Notes under the pieces: generated by a model
Told to the model about the DNA's origin: nothing
The model's database searches: none
Seen by the model: only the letters and a program-made list of their open reading frames with translations
Shown: positions 13,300 through 27,350 of the stretch, piece after piece
How the letters are laid out: every line of letters starts with the position of its first letter
Position numbering within the stretch: the stretch's first letter is position 1
Assembly (NCBI GenBank): GCA_951406725.2
Contig: OX597821.1
Location: 49,414,001 to 49,478,000 of the forward strand
From: Octopus vulgaris
Lineage: Eukaryota
DNA: 64,000 nucleotides
Reading direction: 5' to 3'
Position numbers and translations under genes: made by a program

Positions 13300-13721
13300 T
13301 TGATATTAGTTTTAAAATCGCTGAAACATCGTCGAATAAAAAGCTGTAACATAAATTCTCCCCCGAAAGCCTCGTTTGCAATTCAGTTCCATGTGAGAAG
13401 GATTTCCTCCACCGGTTGACTGTCTGCTGTTGTTGCTTCATGTCGTCTTATTTCAAGTCCAGCTCAACACTGTTCTAGTCGTCATTTACAAATATTTATC
13501 CAGGCAAAAACCAAGATGTATTCTAAACAAGTTATATAACCGTTGTTGTCTGTTTATTGCGAAGGAAGTTGCTGGCTGTTCGAAACTGTCCCCTTAAACC
13601 GTTTCTCATCCTAAAAAAACTAATTCTTTATTTACTTTAAAAAAAACAAAGTTTGTGTTTTTTTTTAATTTAAAAAAATAACTTTCAGTTAAACTTCAGC
13701 GGATATTTACATACAAGAAAT
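13300..13721 (+). promoter_or_regulatory. Probable NCLN promoter/5' UTR region
   Basis: Repeat-free and relatively CpG-retaining sequence immediately upstream of the ATG. The TSS cannot be placed from sequence. Confidence 0.4.
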
Positions 13722-13893
13722 ATGTTCGACGAGGCAGGGGAAGTTTTTGAAATGTTTCGGAACAATTTTCCGATGACTTTTATCTGTTTTGTACCTCTAT
13801 TGATCCTCATGTCGCCTGTGATTCCAGCCCGGGCAGCACATGAGTTCGCTGTCTACAGGATGCACCAATATGATCTACACGGCACTGCTTACG
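13722..13893 (+). CDS. NCLN: Nicalin coding exon 1 (signal-peptide-like N-terminus)
   Basis: MFDEAGEVFEMFRNNFPMTFICFVPLLILMSPVIPARAAHEFAVYRMHQYDLHGTAY matches the nicalin N-terminus (AAHEFxVYRMQQYDL). Donor G|GTAAGC, phase 1. Confidence 0.95.
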
Positions 13894-14130
13894 GTAAGCA
13901 TTTTCACTCGTTTTCTCCCTCACCAACTAATAACACCGTTATCATGTCCACAGTTTCTTCCATGGCCAACAAGGAGCGGCCCACTAGACTCATTTGAATG
14001 TATATGTTTATGAAAATTATATATTCATGTTCCCTATTAATTACGATATATATAAACACAATCAATTACCTTTTACTAGAATTCCATTTCCTTCTCTGTT
14101 TGTCTGTCTGTCTCTCACTCTCTCTTTCTC

Positions 14131-14172
<42 letters not shown>

Positions 14173-14179
14173 GGTGGGG

Positions 14180-15106
14180 CAAAATGAGGTATTTTTACTG
14201 CATTTTTGACTTCGAGACAATATTTTGGTTTTTTTTTTTTGCAAATGTTCACTACCTTACAAAATCTATATCAGTTAAGCAAATGATTTTCTTTAAATGC
14301 ATTAAAAGCATAATAACAATCTGATAAACTTTTTCAGAAAATTATCGCCGTTCTCTTTGAGCATATATATATATACAAGACAAAGTTGGCTGGAGCAAAG
14401 TAAGCTAACACAAGGTAAATTTGCCGCTTCAGTTCTCTAGAAAACAGACTCACATCAGTATCTATTCCTAGACATCAGAAAGAAGAGAAATACAAAAAAA
14501 AAAAAAATTAAATATCTAGGTCAGATGAAAGAGGACCAGGGGAAAATAGCACATGATATGAAATTAACGAAACTCGACTAAAGAAAAAAACTGATAAGAT
14601 ATTATCTATAACTTCTTCACGATCTGCTGGAGTGTCCTCTTCGTGATCTATTTAGTCATTAATGCAGTTAAAGAGAAATTATTGAAATTAGATATTACTC
14701 ATTTTACCCCGTTTTAGACATATTTTTAAAATCTGAAAATGATCAAATTAGACATTAGTGTTGGGGGAAAATTTGATTTGGAATCCAACAGAGAAAAGAT
14801 TATTGATTTTTAAACACCAAAAATTATCCAGATATTTTATTAGCAACCTCAATTACAACCGGGTCAAAGTTGAAGAAAAATTTCTTGAAATAAAAAGAGG
14901 ATCTGCCACCTATGTTTCAGACTCTTAACTTCAACAGCAACAACTATGTTGACGAATTTTCACTCCTTAGATGCTGATACAGTACGAAATGATTATACAA
15001 TACTTGCAATGTTATGATTTCAAACAGGCAAGGAGAGAATATCGAGAAATCAGAGGTTACTTATTTTGCCCCGGTTACTAACCCTCACCTCTCTCCCTGT
15101 GTGTAC

Positions 15107-15150
<44 letters not shown>

Positions 15151-16850
15151 ATGTATATATATATATGTATGTATGTATGTATTCTGTTATGTAGAATTCA
15201 TATTCATGAACAGCCAGAATATATATATATATCCACACACAAAAAGATATCGAGTAATAAATAGTTCAGTTAACGAATTAACGCCATACTTATACAAGTG
15301 TCGGTGGTTAATATAATGATCTTCACCCGTGAACCAAAAAAAAAAAAAAAAAAGACCCAGCCTACTGGGTGTTAACTATATAGAATACGAATATGAAAAA
15401 AAAAAAAAAAAAAATTGCGCTAACGACCCTGTGGGTTGGCGGGGAGAGGACTTTCGGAAAATTCACAAGATCCGATTTTTCCGTAAAATTTTTCGGTAAA
15501 ATGGATATATATTGATTTTTTTTTTTTTTTACGGAATCCCACGTTCAGAATCGGTGAATCCGATTCTGAAAAGAAAAATTTTTTAAATTTCAATTCCTCC
15601 CCACCTCTCTTCATTTTTCATTCTTTCCGGAATTTTTTCTTTTTTTACGTAGAAAAATACGAAGATTACGATTCTGAAAAAAAATTTGTTTGTAAAGTTT
15701 AAATTTTTCAAGAAAAAAAAAATATATATATATTACCCCCAGACCTTCAAGCAGGCTATCCACATGCTAGAAATAACAGCCAAATCTCACAAAACTGCGA
15801 TAACATAATATAATCAATCTACTCACCTTTCTGCAAAGATCGGATCTTGTGAATCTTCTGAAAGTCCTCCCCCCACCCCCAGGGTCGTTAGCGCAATTTT
15901 TTTGTTCACGGGTGATCTTTATATTAACCATAAATACGCTTCAAATGATGTAGATTGCAATTATATCAGAATTTGTAGTGAAAGATTTTTCCGGGTGTGG
16001 GGTGAGGAGTTTCGGAAAATTTTACACGAGTCGGTTTTGTTTCCTCATAACTTTCAGAAAGACGGCTCATATTTTAATGAAGTTTTCTGCAAATACCTTT
16101 TTAGAGTGTTTAAATTACGATTATATCGGAATTAATTACGAAAAAAAAAAAAAAAATTAGTTGTCTCGTACACATGCATTCTGACACATCGCATATCTAC
16201 AAAATACAACTTGAAATTTAGAAAAAAAAAATTGTGATGCATGTTAAGTATGTGTACGAGTCCACCATATTTTTTTTTTTTTTTTTTTTTTTAATATTAA
16301 ATTCCGATAGAATTGTAATCTACACACTCTGAAAGGTAATTGTAGGGAACTTCAAAAAAAAAAAAAAAATAGGTCTGTGTGCAGCAAAATGAGATGTTTT
16401 TGACTTTGGGACAAAATATATATTTCTTAGAGATGTTCACTACTTTTCGAAAACTATATCAGTCAAGCAAAAGGCCTTCCCTAAATGCATTAAAAGCATT
16501 ATAACATAATCTGATCCCTATTTCAGAAAAATGATCGCCCTTTCTCTTTGAGCATGAAGGAATATGAGTAAGACAAGATAATGTAAATTTGCCGTTTCAG
16601 TTCTCCAGAAAACAGACTCATTACACGTCGATGTCCATCCCTAGACATCGGAAAGATCAGAAATGCGGGTTGGGGGTGGGGGAAGATATCTCGGTCAAAT
16701 GAAAAAGGCTCAGGGGAAAATGGCACATGATTTGAAATTAAGGAAACTCGACCAAAAGAAAAAAAATCAACGTAAAATATTACCTTCTTCACGATCTGCT
16801 GGATTGTCCACTTCGTGGTCTATTTACTCACTATGCAGCAGTTGAGAAGT
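14180..16850. repeat. Compound repeat: ~470-bp diverged direct repeats (14180-14670, 16385-16850) enclosing ~70-bp inverted repeats (15411-15480, 15834-15903)
   Basis: Shared blocks such as AAATGTTCACTAC, TAAATGCATTAAAAGCAT, GTAAATTTGCCG..CAGTTCTC.AGAAAACAGACTCA, and AAAATTGCGCTAACGACCCTG versus CAGGGTCGTTAGCGCAATTTT. Confidence 0.75.
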
Positions 16851-18239
16851 TATTGCTCGTTTTTACTATAAAAAAAACATTATGTTAATATTTAACAAGA
16901 TCGTTGGTTTTTCAGAAGTTTCTCAGGTTAAATGACACAAATACCAAAAAAAAAAAAAAAAAAATAATAATAATAATAATGATAAAATAACATTGACACT
17001 GAACACATCTTTTCTATATATTGTGGTAAATATTAATTCATTTCGTGTTAAGAATATATTACACGAGATATATCGTTTTTATCAAAAACTAGGGTTTACC
17101 TCTACTATTTTCTACCCGACAAATATTCCTTTATTCCTCCTCTTTTATGCTTACATCTTTTCGATATTTCCGTCATTTGATTAAACTATCTGCTCAACCG
17201 GCATCATCGATTACTTCAGTAATAATCGTTTTCTTTTAACGGTATTACTTTTTTTTTTTTTATACCTTAGAGTATTTGTGCAGAAATTAAAGTCACTCCC
17301 ACTATCAGAGGATATAATAGACATTTTAAACTGATGCCGGTAACGCGAACTACTTGACATGTTGATTTCATCTACCTTACATAACAGGCAAAATATCCCT
17401 CATATCACTCTCCGCGATTTTATGGAGCATCTGCGCAGGCCGTAGACGCAGTCTCTTCCTCCGGATAAAATCATTTTAAAAAAATGTTCTGGCGAATCGA
17501 AAGAGTGTCAACGTTCTTTTTGATTTTGAGACAGTTGAGTGTGAGTGATTTGAAAGGATTTGGCTGCTGTTTCTAGCGGGTAGCGCGACCACTTGTTTTC
17601 TGTCGTTGCGTTGTTGCATCAGATATTCTGTGCGCGCACGTGTGTATGTGTGTATAATCTACACGTCTGTACATAAATGTTCGTTACTACAAAAATAAAA
17701 CTTACAATATCGTTAATTCAATACAACAAAGTTTTAACCCTCATATAAGCATGCCAACGTGTATTGAGTTCTCTTTTCTTCATACATGCACACACGTTTA
17801 TATAGTATGTGTATGTGTCTAAGTATGTTTGGATAAACACCACATTGTAGTATCTGAATAATTATGTGAGCTTAAATAGTAAAATGTATATATGCATAAG
17901 GAGAAAAAACTAGTTAGGAATTGTGCATGGTATACCCAGTGCAGTGAGCTGACAGAGACTACAAAGGAAAACATTGTTTAGACAGATGTACAGAAATAGT
18001 TAGCTGTAAGAGTACATTTTAATTCTATTAAATGCTAACATTAATTGCTAGTAGTGGCAGCTTCTGTCACTTAGATGGAGGTGGGTATTATGAAATCAAT
18101 TGAAACTAGTGGAACACATGTAGTGACTTTTGTTCACAAGAAATACTTTCATCAAGGGCAAAGCAATTTGTGTGATATTGCAGGGTAGCAATGAATGGGT
18201 AAAGGCTGGGTAGAAACGAGGCAAACATGCCTTGCTGGA

Positions 18240-18985
18240 TCATCATCATCATCATCGATTAACGTCCGCTTTCCATGCTAGCATGGGTTGGACGATTTGA
18301 CTAAAGTCTGGCGGACCAGACGGCTGCACCAGACTCCAATCTGATCAGGCAGAGTTTCTACAGCTGGATGCCCTTCCTAACTCCAAACACACCGAGAGTG
18401 TAGTGGGTGCTTTTACATGCCACTGGCACGAGGGCCAGTCAGGCGGTACTGGCAGTGGCCATGCTCAACTGCTAGGGTGTGGCACTTTTTCACATAGCTA
18501 CACACATCCATTCTTGCCACATGGCCATACCAGCGCAGTCATCTCTCTTGCACACATCTGATACTTCTTAGGTCCAACTTTTCTCTCAAGGTACTAACAC
18601 TCTGTCGAGTATGCACACTGACATTACACATCCATCGGAGCATACTGGTTTCATTCCTTGCAAGCTTACGCATGTCCTCAGCGGTCACAGCCCATGTTTC
18701 ACTGCCATGTAGCATGGCTGTTTGTACATATGCATCATACAGTCTACCTTTTACTCTGAGCAAGAGGCCCTTTGTCACCTGCAGAGGTAAGATCTCTCTG
18801 AACTTTGCCCATTCTACTCTTATTCTAGCAGCTACACTTTCAGCGCACCCTCCCTCGCTACTGACTTGGTCACCTAGGTAACGGAAACTATCAACTACTT
18901 CTAGTGTTTCTCCCTGGAATGTGTCGGAAGTTGTTCTCTGCACATGTTCAGTGTTTGTTGCTCCTGAGCATCTGCCACTAGCGTG
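18240..18985 (-). mobile_element. RTE-like LINE 3' fragment (internally deleted)
   Basis: LEVVDSFRYLGDQVSS...AMLHGSETWAV...LRWMCNV plus the family 3' UTR and (CAT)n tail. Confidence 0.9.
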
Positions 18986-19559
18986 TGCAAGGTGGTGGGC
19001 TGGCACAAATGTTAGCACACTGGGCGAAATGCTTAGTGGTATTTCGTCTGTCTTAACATTCTGAGTTCAAATTCAACCAAAGTCATCTTTGCCTTTCATC
19101 CTTTTGGGGTCGATAAATTAAGTATCAGTTTCATACTGGGGTTGATTTAATCGACTGCCCCCCTCCCCCAAAATTTCAGGCCTTGTGCTTGAAGTACAAA
19201 AGAACGTTGATGTGTGCGATGATGGCATACAGATGAGTTGAAAACAATGTATATGGAAGGTAGCAGTTGTAAGGTACAAGATGAAAATGTGTGGTGTATA
19301 TAGAAGATGAAGACAGTTAATCCAAGTGGAAGGGGCCTGTAGATGAAGAAGAAATAGTGAAGGCTGATTTTGGGATGCCAGCCCGACTAAAGAAAATGGC
19401 TGGAAACTGCAACGAGTGGCAAGATTCTACTCTGGAGAAGGATTGTTCCTCTCATGCAGTCATAGAAAAGCATAAAATGCCTATGATATACAAGGTGTTC
19501 AGGCTAAATTCGATGATTTTTTTTTTTATGTCTCCTTTTTTTCCGGAACAGCTTGATGT

Positions 19560-20110
19560 GTTGCTGAACAGTCAACAGCATTGAAGAGCATAAAGATTAC
19601 AGTTGTAATTGAGAAAGAGTTATGAGTTACTTGTATTATGATTTGTGCCAAGTATCAAAATGCTGACATTATGATTGCTGCTCAATGCTCTGTGACTACT
19701 GTAAAGGTTGTAAAATGTGATTTGGACAGTTGCAACAGACTACAAAGCTGTAGTCGACAAGAAAGGACAGCAGGCTTTCGGACTGTATCCGTACACTGGA
19801 ATTCAGCCAACAACTATAGGACAAAGTGATGAAAGATTCAAGCAAGGAATCCAGATTTTGGTGTGAGAGATGAGTGTTGGAGTCCCCTCCATGAAGCTGG
19901 TCATGAATGAGGACTTTTGCTATTACTCATACAAGAGGTACAAGGGACAAATTCTGACAACCAAGTCACAGGAGTACTGCTTGATGAAAGCAAGGCAGCT
20001 CTTGAAGAAGCTGAGTGAGGCTTCCTGTTATAGATAATATGATTCTGTATCATGGTGAAGTTGGTTTGTAATTCCTGCGTTTCCAAACTTATTGACTACC
20101 ATTTAACTTG
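19560..20110 (+). mobile_element. Decayed Tc1/mariner-like transposase N-terminal fragment
   Basis: Frameshifted HTH-region-like sequence (..ARDFGVxEMSV..LLHE..). Weak recognition only. Confidence 0.35.
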
Positions 20111-20189
20111 AAAGTCCATAATATCCCGGATTCTAAACATTCAATGTTGATACATATCTGATGTGTGTGTGTGTGCATTCCACTTTTCT

Positions 20190-20810
20190 GTCCCACTTCT
20201 TCTGGAGACTTCATGACCTCCAAAATGAAATGCCCAGCATCAAATGGACCATCATTGACAGAATGCCACCTTATTCACCAGGTGCCTGTAATTGCCAACT
20301 CTACCTCAATGAAAGACTACACATCTAACAACCTGCAGTATCCATCGAAAGGCATACTTCTGTTGTCACCAGAAGTATGCCTTTCTGTTGAACTTCAAAC
20401 CACTGGTTGCTGACAACCTGGTCATACCACCTTAGCATCAGGATACCATCACCGACTTCCAGGAGCAGGGTTGCCAACCACCAATCCCCAGTATCTGTGT
20501 AGTTTGACCCCCATGGCCTTGTACACCCACCAAACCCTTAATTCTGCCTTCACATATGAACTAATACACAAGCATCCACATGCATATATGCCTTCATGTC
20601 CACCCGCATACACACCCATACATCCCCAAGCAATGCCCACACACACTGCACACATAAACACTACACCACCCATGCCCCTTATATATACATATGTATTTGA
20701 GTATACATATATACTCACACACATGTATACATTTATGCGTATCTGTGCTTAATCATCATGTACATACATGTATATGTGTGTCTGTCTGTGTGTGTATATA
20801 TACTCTCTCT
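20190..20810 (+). mobile_element. Penelope-like element 3' remnant (GIY-YIG C-terminal region plus microsatellite-rich pLTR)
   Basis: Translation WRLHDLQNEMPSIKWTIIDRMPPYSPGACNCQLYLNERLHI fits the PLE pattern W.L...I.W.I...Y....C.LC..EK..I. Confidence 0.6.
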
Positions 20811-21499
20811 CCTAAATGTGAGATGCCATGTAACTTCTCTACAAGAACCTGCTCTACTCCAACCTCTTCCCTTATATTTTAACTGCCTTCTAGTTCATAG
20901 AGGCAACGTCCTCCCTCACTTGGTTTGTTGACTTGTGGGCTATATGGTGACCTCATTAGTATTAATGGCACATAAAAAGCACTCAGTACACACTGTAAAG
21001 TGGTTGGCATTAAGAAGAGCATCCAGCTCTAGAAGCCATATCCAAAACAGACACTGGAGTATGATATGGATCCTTGTCAAACCTTCCAACCTATGCTAAC
21101 ATGGAACATGGACTTAAATGATGATATGTGGATGACGTAGATGTGCACAACAAATCATATGTAACTTCTGTATTGAATCTTTCTCTAGGTTTGAAATTCA
21201 TAGGCAATAACAGATGCACATGGAAACCTGTTTTAGTTTTCACATTGTCTGATTAAATATTTGAAATGTTTTGCTCTGGGAACTCTGTCTCTGTTACGTG
21301 CAGGATAAATTTTGTATTTCTGTGTAGTTTTTAACAAAGTGGCAAGTGTGTTTTATTTCAAGGTTTCTCTTGTTTTGCTATGTCATTGAAGGTAAATCAA
21401 TTTATAAGTTAGAGGAACAGTAAAGATATTACAAGCTGAATCATTTCATGATTTGGTAAATCTCAAATAAATGATATGATGACAATAGAATCTTGCAGG

Positions 21500-22020
21500 G
21501 TTTGCTTTCATGATGGGAATTTTTTCTTCTAATCAGCTATGATATGTTATCAATATATTCCCTGGAGAGGTATAATCAACAGGAGTGAACTGAGAACCAA
21601 ACCCTGATGTACACTTTGTTACTATTCACTTTGTCCGACTTTGTCTCTGTATGGTTTATATGGCTCTCTGAAGTCATTCATTTATACTTGGTTTTCTTAG
21701 TGATTACCAGACTACAGAGTATGTTATTTTCTCAAAGGGCTTGTCCAGCTTAATCAATGTTAGGTATAGTAATTTGCTCTTAGTTTAGATCTTCTCTTGT
21801 AATTCTCTCACAAGGAAGAGAGTGTTAGTGGTACCTCATCTTGGCACAAATCTCAACTGCATCTCATCTAAGTTCTCTTTCTGAGTAGCCATTATTTTTT
21901 CTATTTCATAATCAATCTATGGTCTATTCTCTTTGGTATCTCTGTAGTTGCTTTCTTTTCACACCACTTCATTTGTTTGCCCCTGCAGCAATGGAAGATA
22001 ATGCCATATTAGTCATTAAG
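21500..22020 (-). mobile_element. Decayed RTE-like RT fragment
   Basis: Minus-strand VHQGLVLSSLLLII, homologous to VHQGSVLSSLLFII of the 40-kb copy. Confidence 0.6.
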
Positions 22021-22472
22021 AATGACCCCCCCCTCTCTCTCCTTCTTTCTCAGTATATATAGGTGTATATATGTATGTGTTATGTATATGTGTGTCTGCA
22101 CGTGTATATATGCATGCATTTATGCGTATATATATATATGTGTGTGTGTGTTTGTTTTTATCTGTATGTGTGTATATGTATTGCAGTATGTATTTATATA
22201 TAATCTTGAAGAATTTAGAATATATTACTTTCCTAGTATTTCATCAGATGACCTTTGTATTACTACAACATTGCCTTTCAGGGAACAGCTTTCCCTGAGC
22301 TACTACATTACATTCCACCTTATAGTATCTCACTAAGTTAGAGAGAAAACATGAAGTACATCACCAGCTTTAAAGCCTCTGTTTAATCCAGGTGTGGCAC
22401 CCAGTTATACAAGTATTTAAACCTTGTATTGAAGTATGTTCTAAATGGTCACAAACACCACAAGATCTTTAA

Positions 22473-22684
22473 CCCTTTAGCATTTAAACTGGCCTTATCC
22501 AGCCAAGATAATCTTCCTATTTTATCTTCAAGCCAGCCAGATCTGGCCTCTCACACTTACCTCACTATTATTCTAAAAATAAGCAATTACATCATTGAAA
22601 TCTCAAAGCTACAAGGTAATGCATGACTAATTTTTATCACTGTGAATAAATAAACATTGACAGAGAAATTTGAATGCTAAAGGG
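22473..22684. mobile_element. piggyBac-like MITE
   Basis: TTAA|CCCTTTAGCATTTA ... TGAATGCTAAAGGG|TTAA gives ~14-bp TIRs with a TTAA TSD. Confidence 0.85.
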
Positions 22685-23648
22685 TTAAAAATTGCTTGAA
22701 AGTCAGCCATGTAAGGAATCTGATTTCTGATATCAATAGAAATTAAAAGAACAACCTTCTGTTAGATAACCCTCACTAATCTAAATTTGGTCAGCATCAG
22801 CTCATACCTATTTTACAGCAGGAGCCTCTGCAAGAAGTTGATATATTGCACAATGTGGAGATGGCAGACAGTGAACTTAAACTTCTAATTTATGTGTTTT
22901 TAATAGCAGGTATGAACACAATATACATCTCCCTTTCACAGCATGTCTCAAGAAGAAAGCTGGCAGTACCACAAATGGTAAGATAGTATAAGTGTAAATA
23001 GTTTGGTTAATGGTGAATTCACTGAGCCATATTCTAAGTTAGTGAACTTCATCAATAAAACAAACTCATCTACCTAACTTTATTCAACCTACAAACTGAA
23101 TATACTTTATTACATAACAGGAACTTCTTTGAAACTCTTCAGTTGTTTTGGAAGTTCCGTGAAGTACAGTAAATATCCTATAAATATTTACAGATTTCCT
23201 TCTTGATCTTCATTTTAGCTGTTGATAGATATTTCACACGAGAAGTACTCACTATTGTTAAACAAATTTCTTTTTCTTGTTAGAATATAAAATTGTATCT
23301 GTCTATGTCTATTGAATATTTGACAAGCTATTGTCTTAGGACTGTGTATGTGTGTGTGTGTATATACACATACACATTTATATGGCTCTCACCTTATTTT
23401 ATTGTGATGTTCTTGCACTTATTTTTTATTCAACCTTTGCTGCATGCATGCACACACATATGTGCAGGTAGCTGTATGGTTAAGAAACTTGCTTCTCAAC
23501 CATGTTGTCTTGAGTTTGATCCCATTGCACAGCACTTTGAGTAAGTGTCTTTTACGTTTGTCCATAGCTGACCAAAGTCTTGCAAGTAGATTTAGTTGAC
23601 AGAAACAGAAAGAAGCCCATCATACATACACACATACATATATATACA

Positions 23649-24587
23649 CTAGCAGTAATACCTGTTGTTGATTGGGTAATTACTTTTACTCTTTCTCTGG
23701 AGCCACATTCAAAGTATTATTATATATATATATAATTTACTCCTCCTATATGTATTTTATAAGAGAAAAACATGTAATAATTGAAGTAGAAAAAAAATTA
23801 GTTTCATACATGAACTTTTGTTTCTTTATTATATGACAATAATGAGTTGTATGTGTTATTTTATTTATCAATACACTAATGGTAATTATATAATACACTT
23901 AATTTAAATAGGTAATTTACTCTCTTGAATGTAATGTGAGTAATGGCAAATTAAGTTATTGAAGTATTCATGTTGCATTAAGCGTGAATATTTTTTATAA
24001 ACAATATTATTTTTGTTTTATTTTGGGGTGCATAAGCAAAAAGATCAGCTGTTGGTCCCAAACGTGATGCTCCTATGTAATGTTGTCCAAGTGAAAAGCA
24101 ACTTTTAGTGTTTGGCCCTGATTTTTATTAATGCTCATGACAAAAGAAACTCAGATAGGAAACTGTAACCATTTAATTTGGAATGCGACATTAGATGGTA
24201 TAACTGGTATGCGAGGAATGAAGATGGCCTCACCTTTGCCCACAACCAGTGAGAATATTTGCCTCAGTGCAGTCTTGTGCCATTGCATAATTTTGGTTGA
24301 AACAAATTATGCAATAGCATAATAGGCACTATCATATAGAACAGTAGCTTTACAGAATCCAGGTCACTCATTATGTGAGTGAACATGCGATAGCACTGAA
24401 AAGGCAACAGGTGGAACACCCATTTGTCACGGTCTCTTTTGACGTTTCAATAGGCTGTATGCCCAAGGAGAATTGAAAGATTCAGTTTCGAATCTGAGCC
24501 AGGGTGAGGCTACTCTTACAGATTTGGTGTCTTTACTTTCATTTTGACAGACAAACAAACACAGAAATTCAATTTTATATATAGAGA
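23649..24587 (-). mobile_element. Short Helitron with Pif1 C-terminal remnant
   Basis: 5' A|TCTCTATATATAAAA (24587) and 3' degenerate hairpin plus CTAG|T (23649). Internal IPRIPVIPSNVAFQIKWLQFPI.VSFVMSINK.QGQTLK...FSLGQHYIGASR matches Pif1 motifs V/VI. Confidence 0.85.
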
Positions 24588-24590
24588 TAT

Positions 24591-24752
24591 AGGTGGAGGT
24601 GTAGCTGTATGGTAAGATGCTTGCTTCCCAACCACATGGTTCCAGGTTCAGTCTCACTGCATGGTACCTTGGGCAAGTGTCTTCTGCTATAGCCTCAGAC
24701 CAACCAAAGCCTTGTGAGTGGATTTTGTAGATGGAAACTGAAAGAAGCCTGT

Positions 24753-24806
<54 letters not shown>

Positions 24807-25000
24807 TATATGTTTGTCCCCCCACTATCACTTGATAACCGATGTTGGTGTGTTTACATCCCTGTAACTTAGCAGTTCAGCAAAAGGGACCAATAGAATA
24901 AGTACAAAGATTACAAAGAATAAGTCCTGGCGTTGATTTGTTCAACTAGAAAATGGTGCTCCAGCATGGCTGCAGTCAAATAGCTGAAACAAATAAAAGA
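24591..25000 (+). mobile_element. CORE-like tRNA SINE, full-length copy with (TA)n(CA)n middle
   Basis: Same family as 4372-4760. Confidence 0.75.
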
Positions 25001-25779
25001 ATATATGTGTGGTCTAGTGGTTCGGGTGTTACACTCATGATCACCAGATTGTTGGTTTGGTTTCCAGGTCGAGCAGATAGGTGAACGCTGGTGTGAGCTC
25101 AGAGAGGACATTTAGATTACAGAGTCCACACGCATAGTAATAGACAGATCGAGCCTCAATGGAAAACATGTATGGAACAATAATACCCCTAACCACACTG
25201 CACAACATGACAACTAAAGACAGAATGAGAGAAGGAAAAATAGTCATAGATACAAACATTATGATATAAAAACCCATATACACACAAAACACACATACAC
25301 ACACAAACACATGCACAGATAAGGATGTACACCACAGAAACAGCATGGACTAAAAAGAACAGGGAAGACGTGTAGGATGGAGAGTCACTGAAGAGGTTAC
25401 AGGATGTGTGACAGAAGATTTCAGACAAAGGACACTAAAATATGAATAATAATAAAGCTGAAGTGAAGAACAAGTATATAGTGCTTGTGGTTATTTGGCA
25501 ATATAAAAAAAAATTACCATCCCCAAATATAACAATATCTGTTTCAACATACAATTTCACATCAGGCTTCCAAAACAACAAAATATATATGTATGTATGT
25601 ATGTATGCATATGTACATACATATATGCATGTATGTATGTGTGTGTATGTATATGTATATATATATATATACCCTCATATATGTCGCCCTTGACTACTAC
25701 CAAATTTCTCCTGCATATTAAAGAAATAATCACCAGTCACATTGGAGGCATCCAGTTAAGCTTCAGAACAGCTCACCTT

Positions 25780-26510
25780 ACAACTCTGGCAAGACCTTGA
25801 GAAAGGAATTATTACTGGTTGCACAATTTCCCCCTTTCTTTTCATCATGGGAATGATTCTCTTCATATCAGCTGCTGATAATGAAACCCAAGGACCAACA
25901 ATGAAACCAGACAGCATTCATCACCCAATAAGGGGTTTCGTGGATGATATGGTAATAACTACAAATCATGTGGAGGCAGAAAGAATGCTGACTTCACATG
26001 AACACATGGCAACATGGGTTAGATTGAAGTTTAAGCCCAAAACAGTCTAGGAGTATGGTAATCAGAATGGGCAAAGTAACCAACAAAATCAAGCTATAAG
26101 TGTAAGGAGAGGCCATTCCATCACTAGTAGAAAATCCGATTATATGCCTTGGAAAGCTGTTTAACAATTCACTCTTGGACTGAAGCAATGTCATCAATAT
26201 TGTGAAGCAAGCAGAGGAGTAGCTGAGGAGGATTGAAAGATCAGGGCTTCCAGATAAACACAGGGCATGACTCTACCAACACTGACTGCTTCCAAGACTC
26301 ATATTGTTATTCATGTTGTATGGGATTCCAATGACAAGCATTGGAAAGGGTGGAGAGGAAGGTAAATAAATACTTTCGAAGGTGGCTAGGTGCTCCCCCA
26401 AGCTTCACTTCAATAGGTCTGTACGTAAGATCTGGACAGCTACAACTCCTGCTGTCATGTGTAGTGGAGGAATTTAAAGTAGCAAAATGTAATGTTGTAC
26501 TGATGTACAG
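25780..26510 (+). mobile_element. R2/Hero-like non-LTR RT fragment (pseudogenised)
   Basis: GIITGCTISPFLFIMGM, RGFVDDM, LKFKPK, ERKVNKYFRRWLGAPPSFTSIGLY...LQL...VVEEFKVAK. Confidence 0.65.
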
Positions 26511-27350
26511 GGTAAGGTCACTCCTCCAAACAGATGGCTCCCTCATGGGAAACCCAGTGAGGATAGGTGAAACTCTGAATGAACAATACAAAAGTGTCTT
26601 TACCCCGCTCTTATGGCACATGCAAGTTAGCAAACCTGTAGAATTCTTACTGCAATAGAAACTGAAAGGGAGGCAGAAAAAATTGACTACATCAATATCA
26701 AAGAAGAAGATATAATACTGGCAATAGATGTTGTGCATGCAAACTCAGCTCCTGGCCTCAATGGATTCCCAGTAATCCTCAAGTCATGTAAATGAGTCTT
26801 TGCAAAACCACTGCAGCTTCTTTGCAAATGGTAAGCTACTGGACAAACTGAAGTAAGGAATAATATGCCCTATTCATAAAGGAGGAAACAGCTGATGCTA
26901 CAACTATAGGCCTGTCTCTCTGAATTCGCATCTCAGCAAAGTCATGGAACAAATAGTCTGAAGGAAATTAATTGCATTCCTTGAAGAGAATGACTTGCTG
27001 ACTGACACCCAGCATGGTTTTCGACCTGGTAGATGCTGCCTGATACAACTCTTGCAGCATAATGACTGGGTGCTAAAGCAACTGCTCAACAACTCAAATG
27101 TGGACATGCTATACCTTACCATGGTATATGTTACAAGCTGCATAATTTTGGCATAGTTGGAAAACTTGGTGAATGGCTACATAACTTTCTAAAAGATAGA
27201 AGTCAGGTAGTGGTGACCAATGTGGCCACCTGAAAGGAAACACAAATAATGAGTGGTGTTCCACAGGGCACTTCTCAGACTTCTCAGCTGCTCAAGTAGT
27301 CACCCTTGCTAGCAATGCAGATTATACAAAAATCTCTCAGAGGATACAGA
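26511..27350 (+). mobile_element. CR1/Jockey-group LINE RT fragment, same family as 48.5-50.9 kb
   Basis: NYRPVSLNSHLSKVMEQIV, QHGFRPGRCC, SGVPQG with stops. Antisense-homologous to 48500-49020. Confidence 0.8.
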
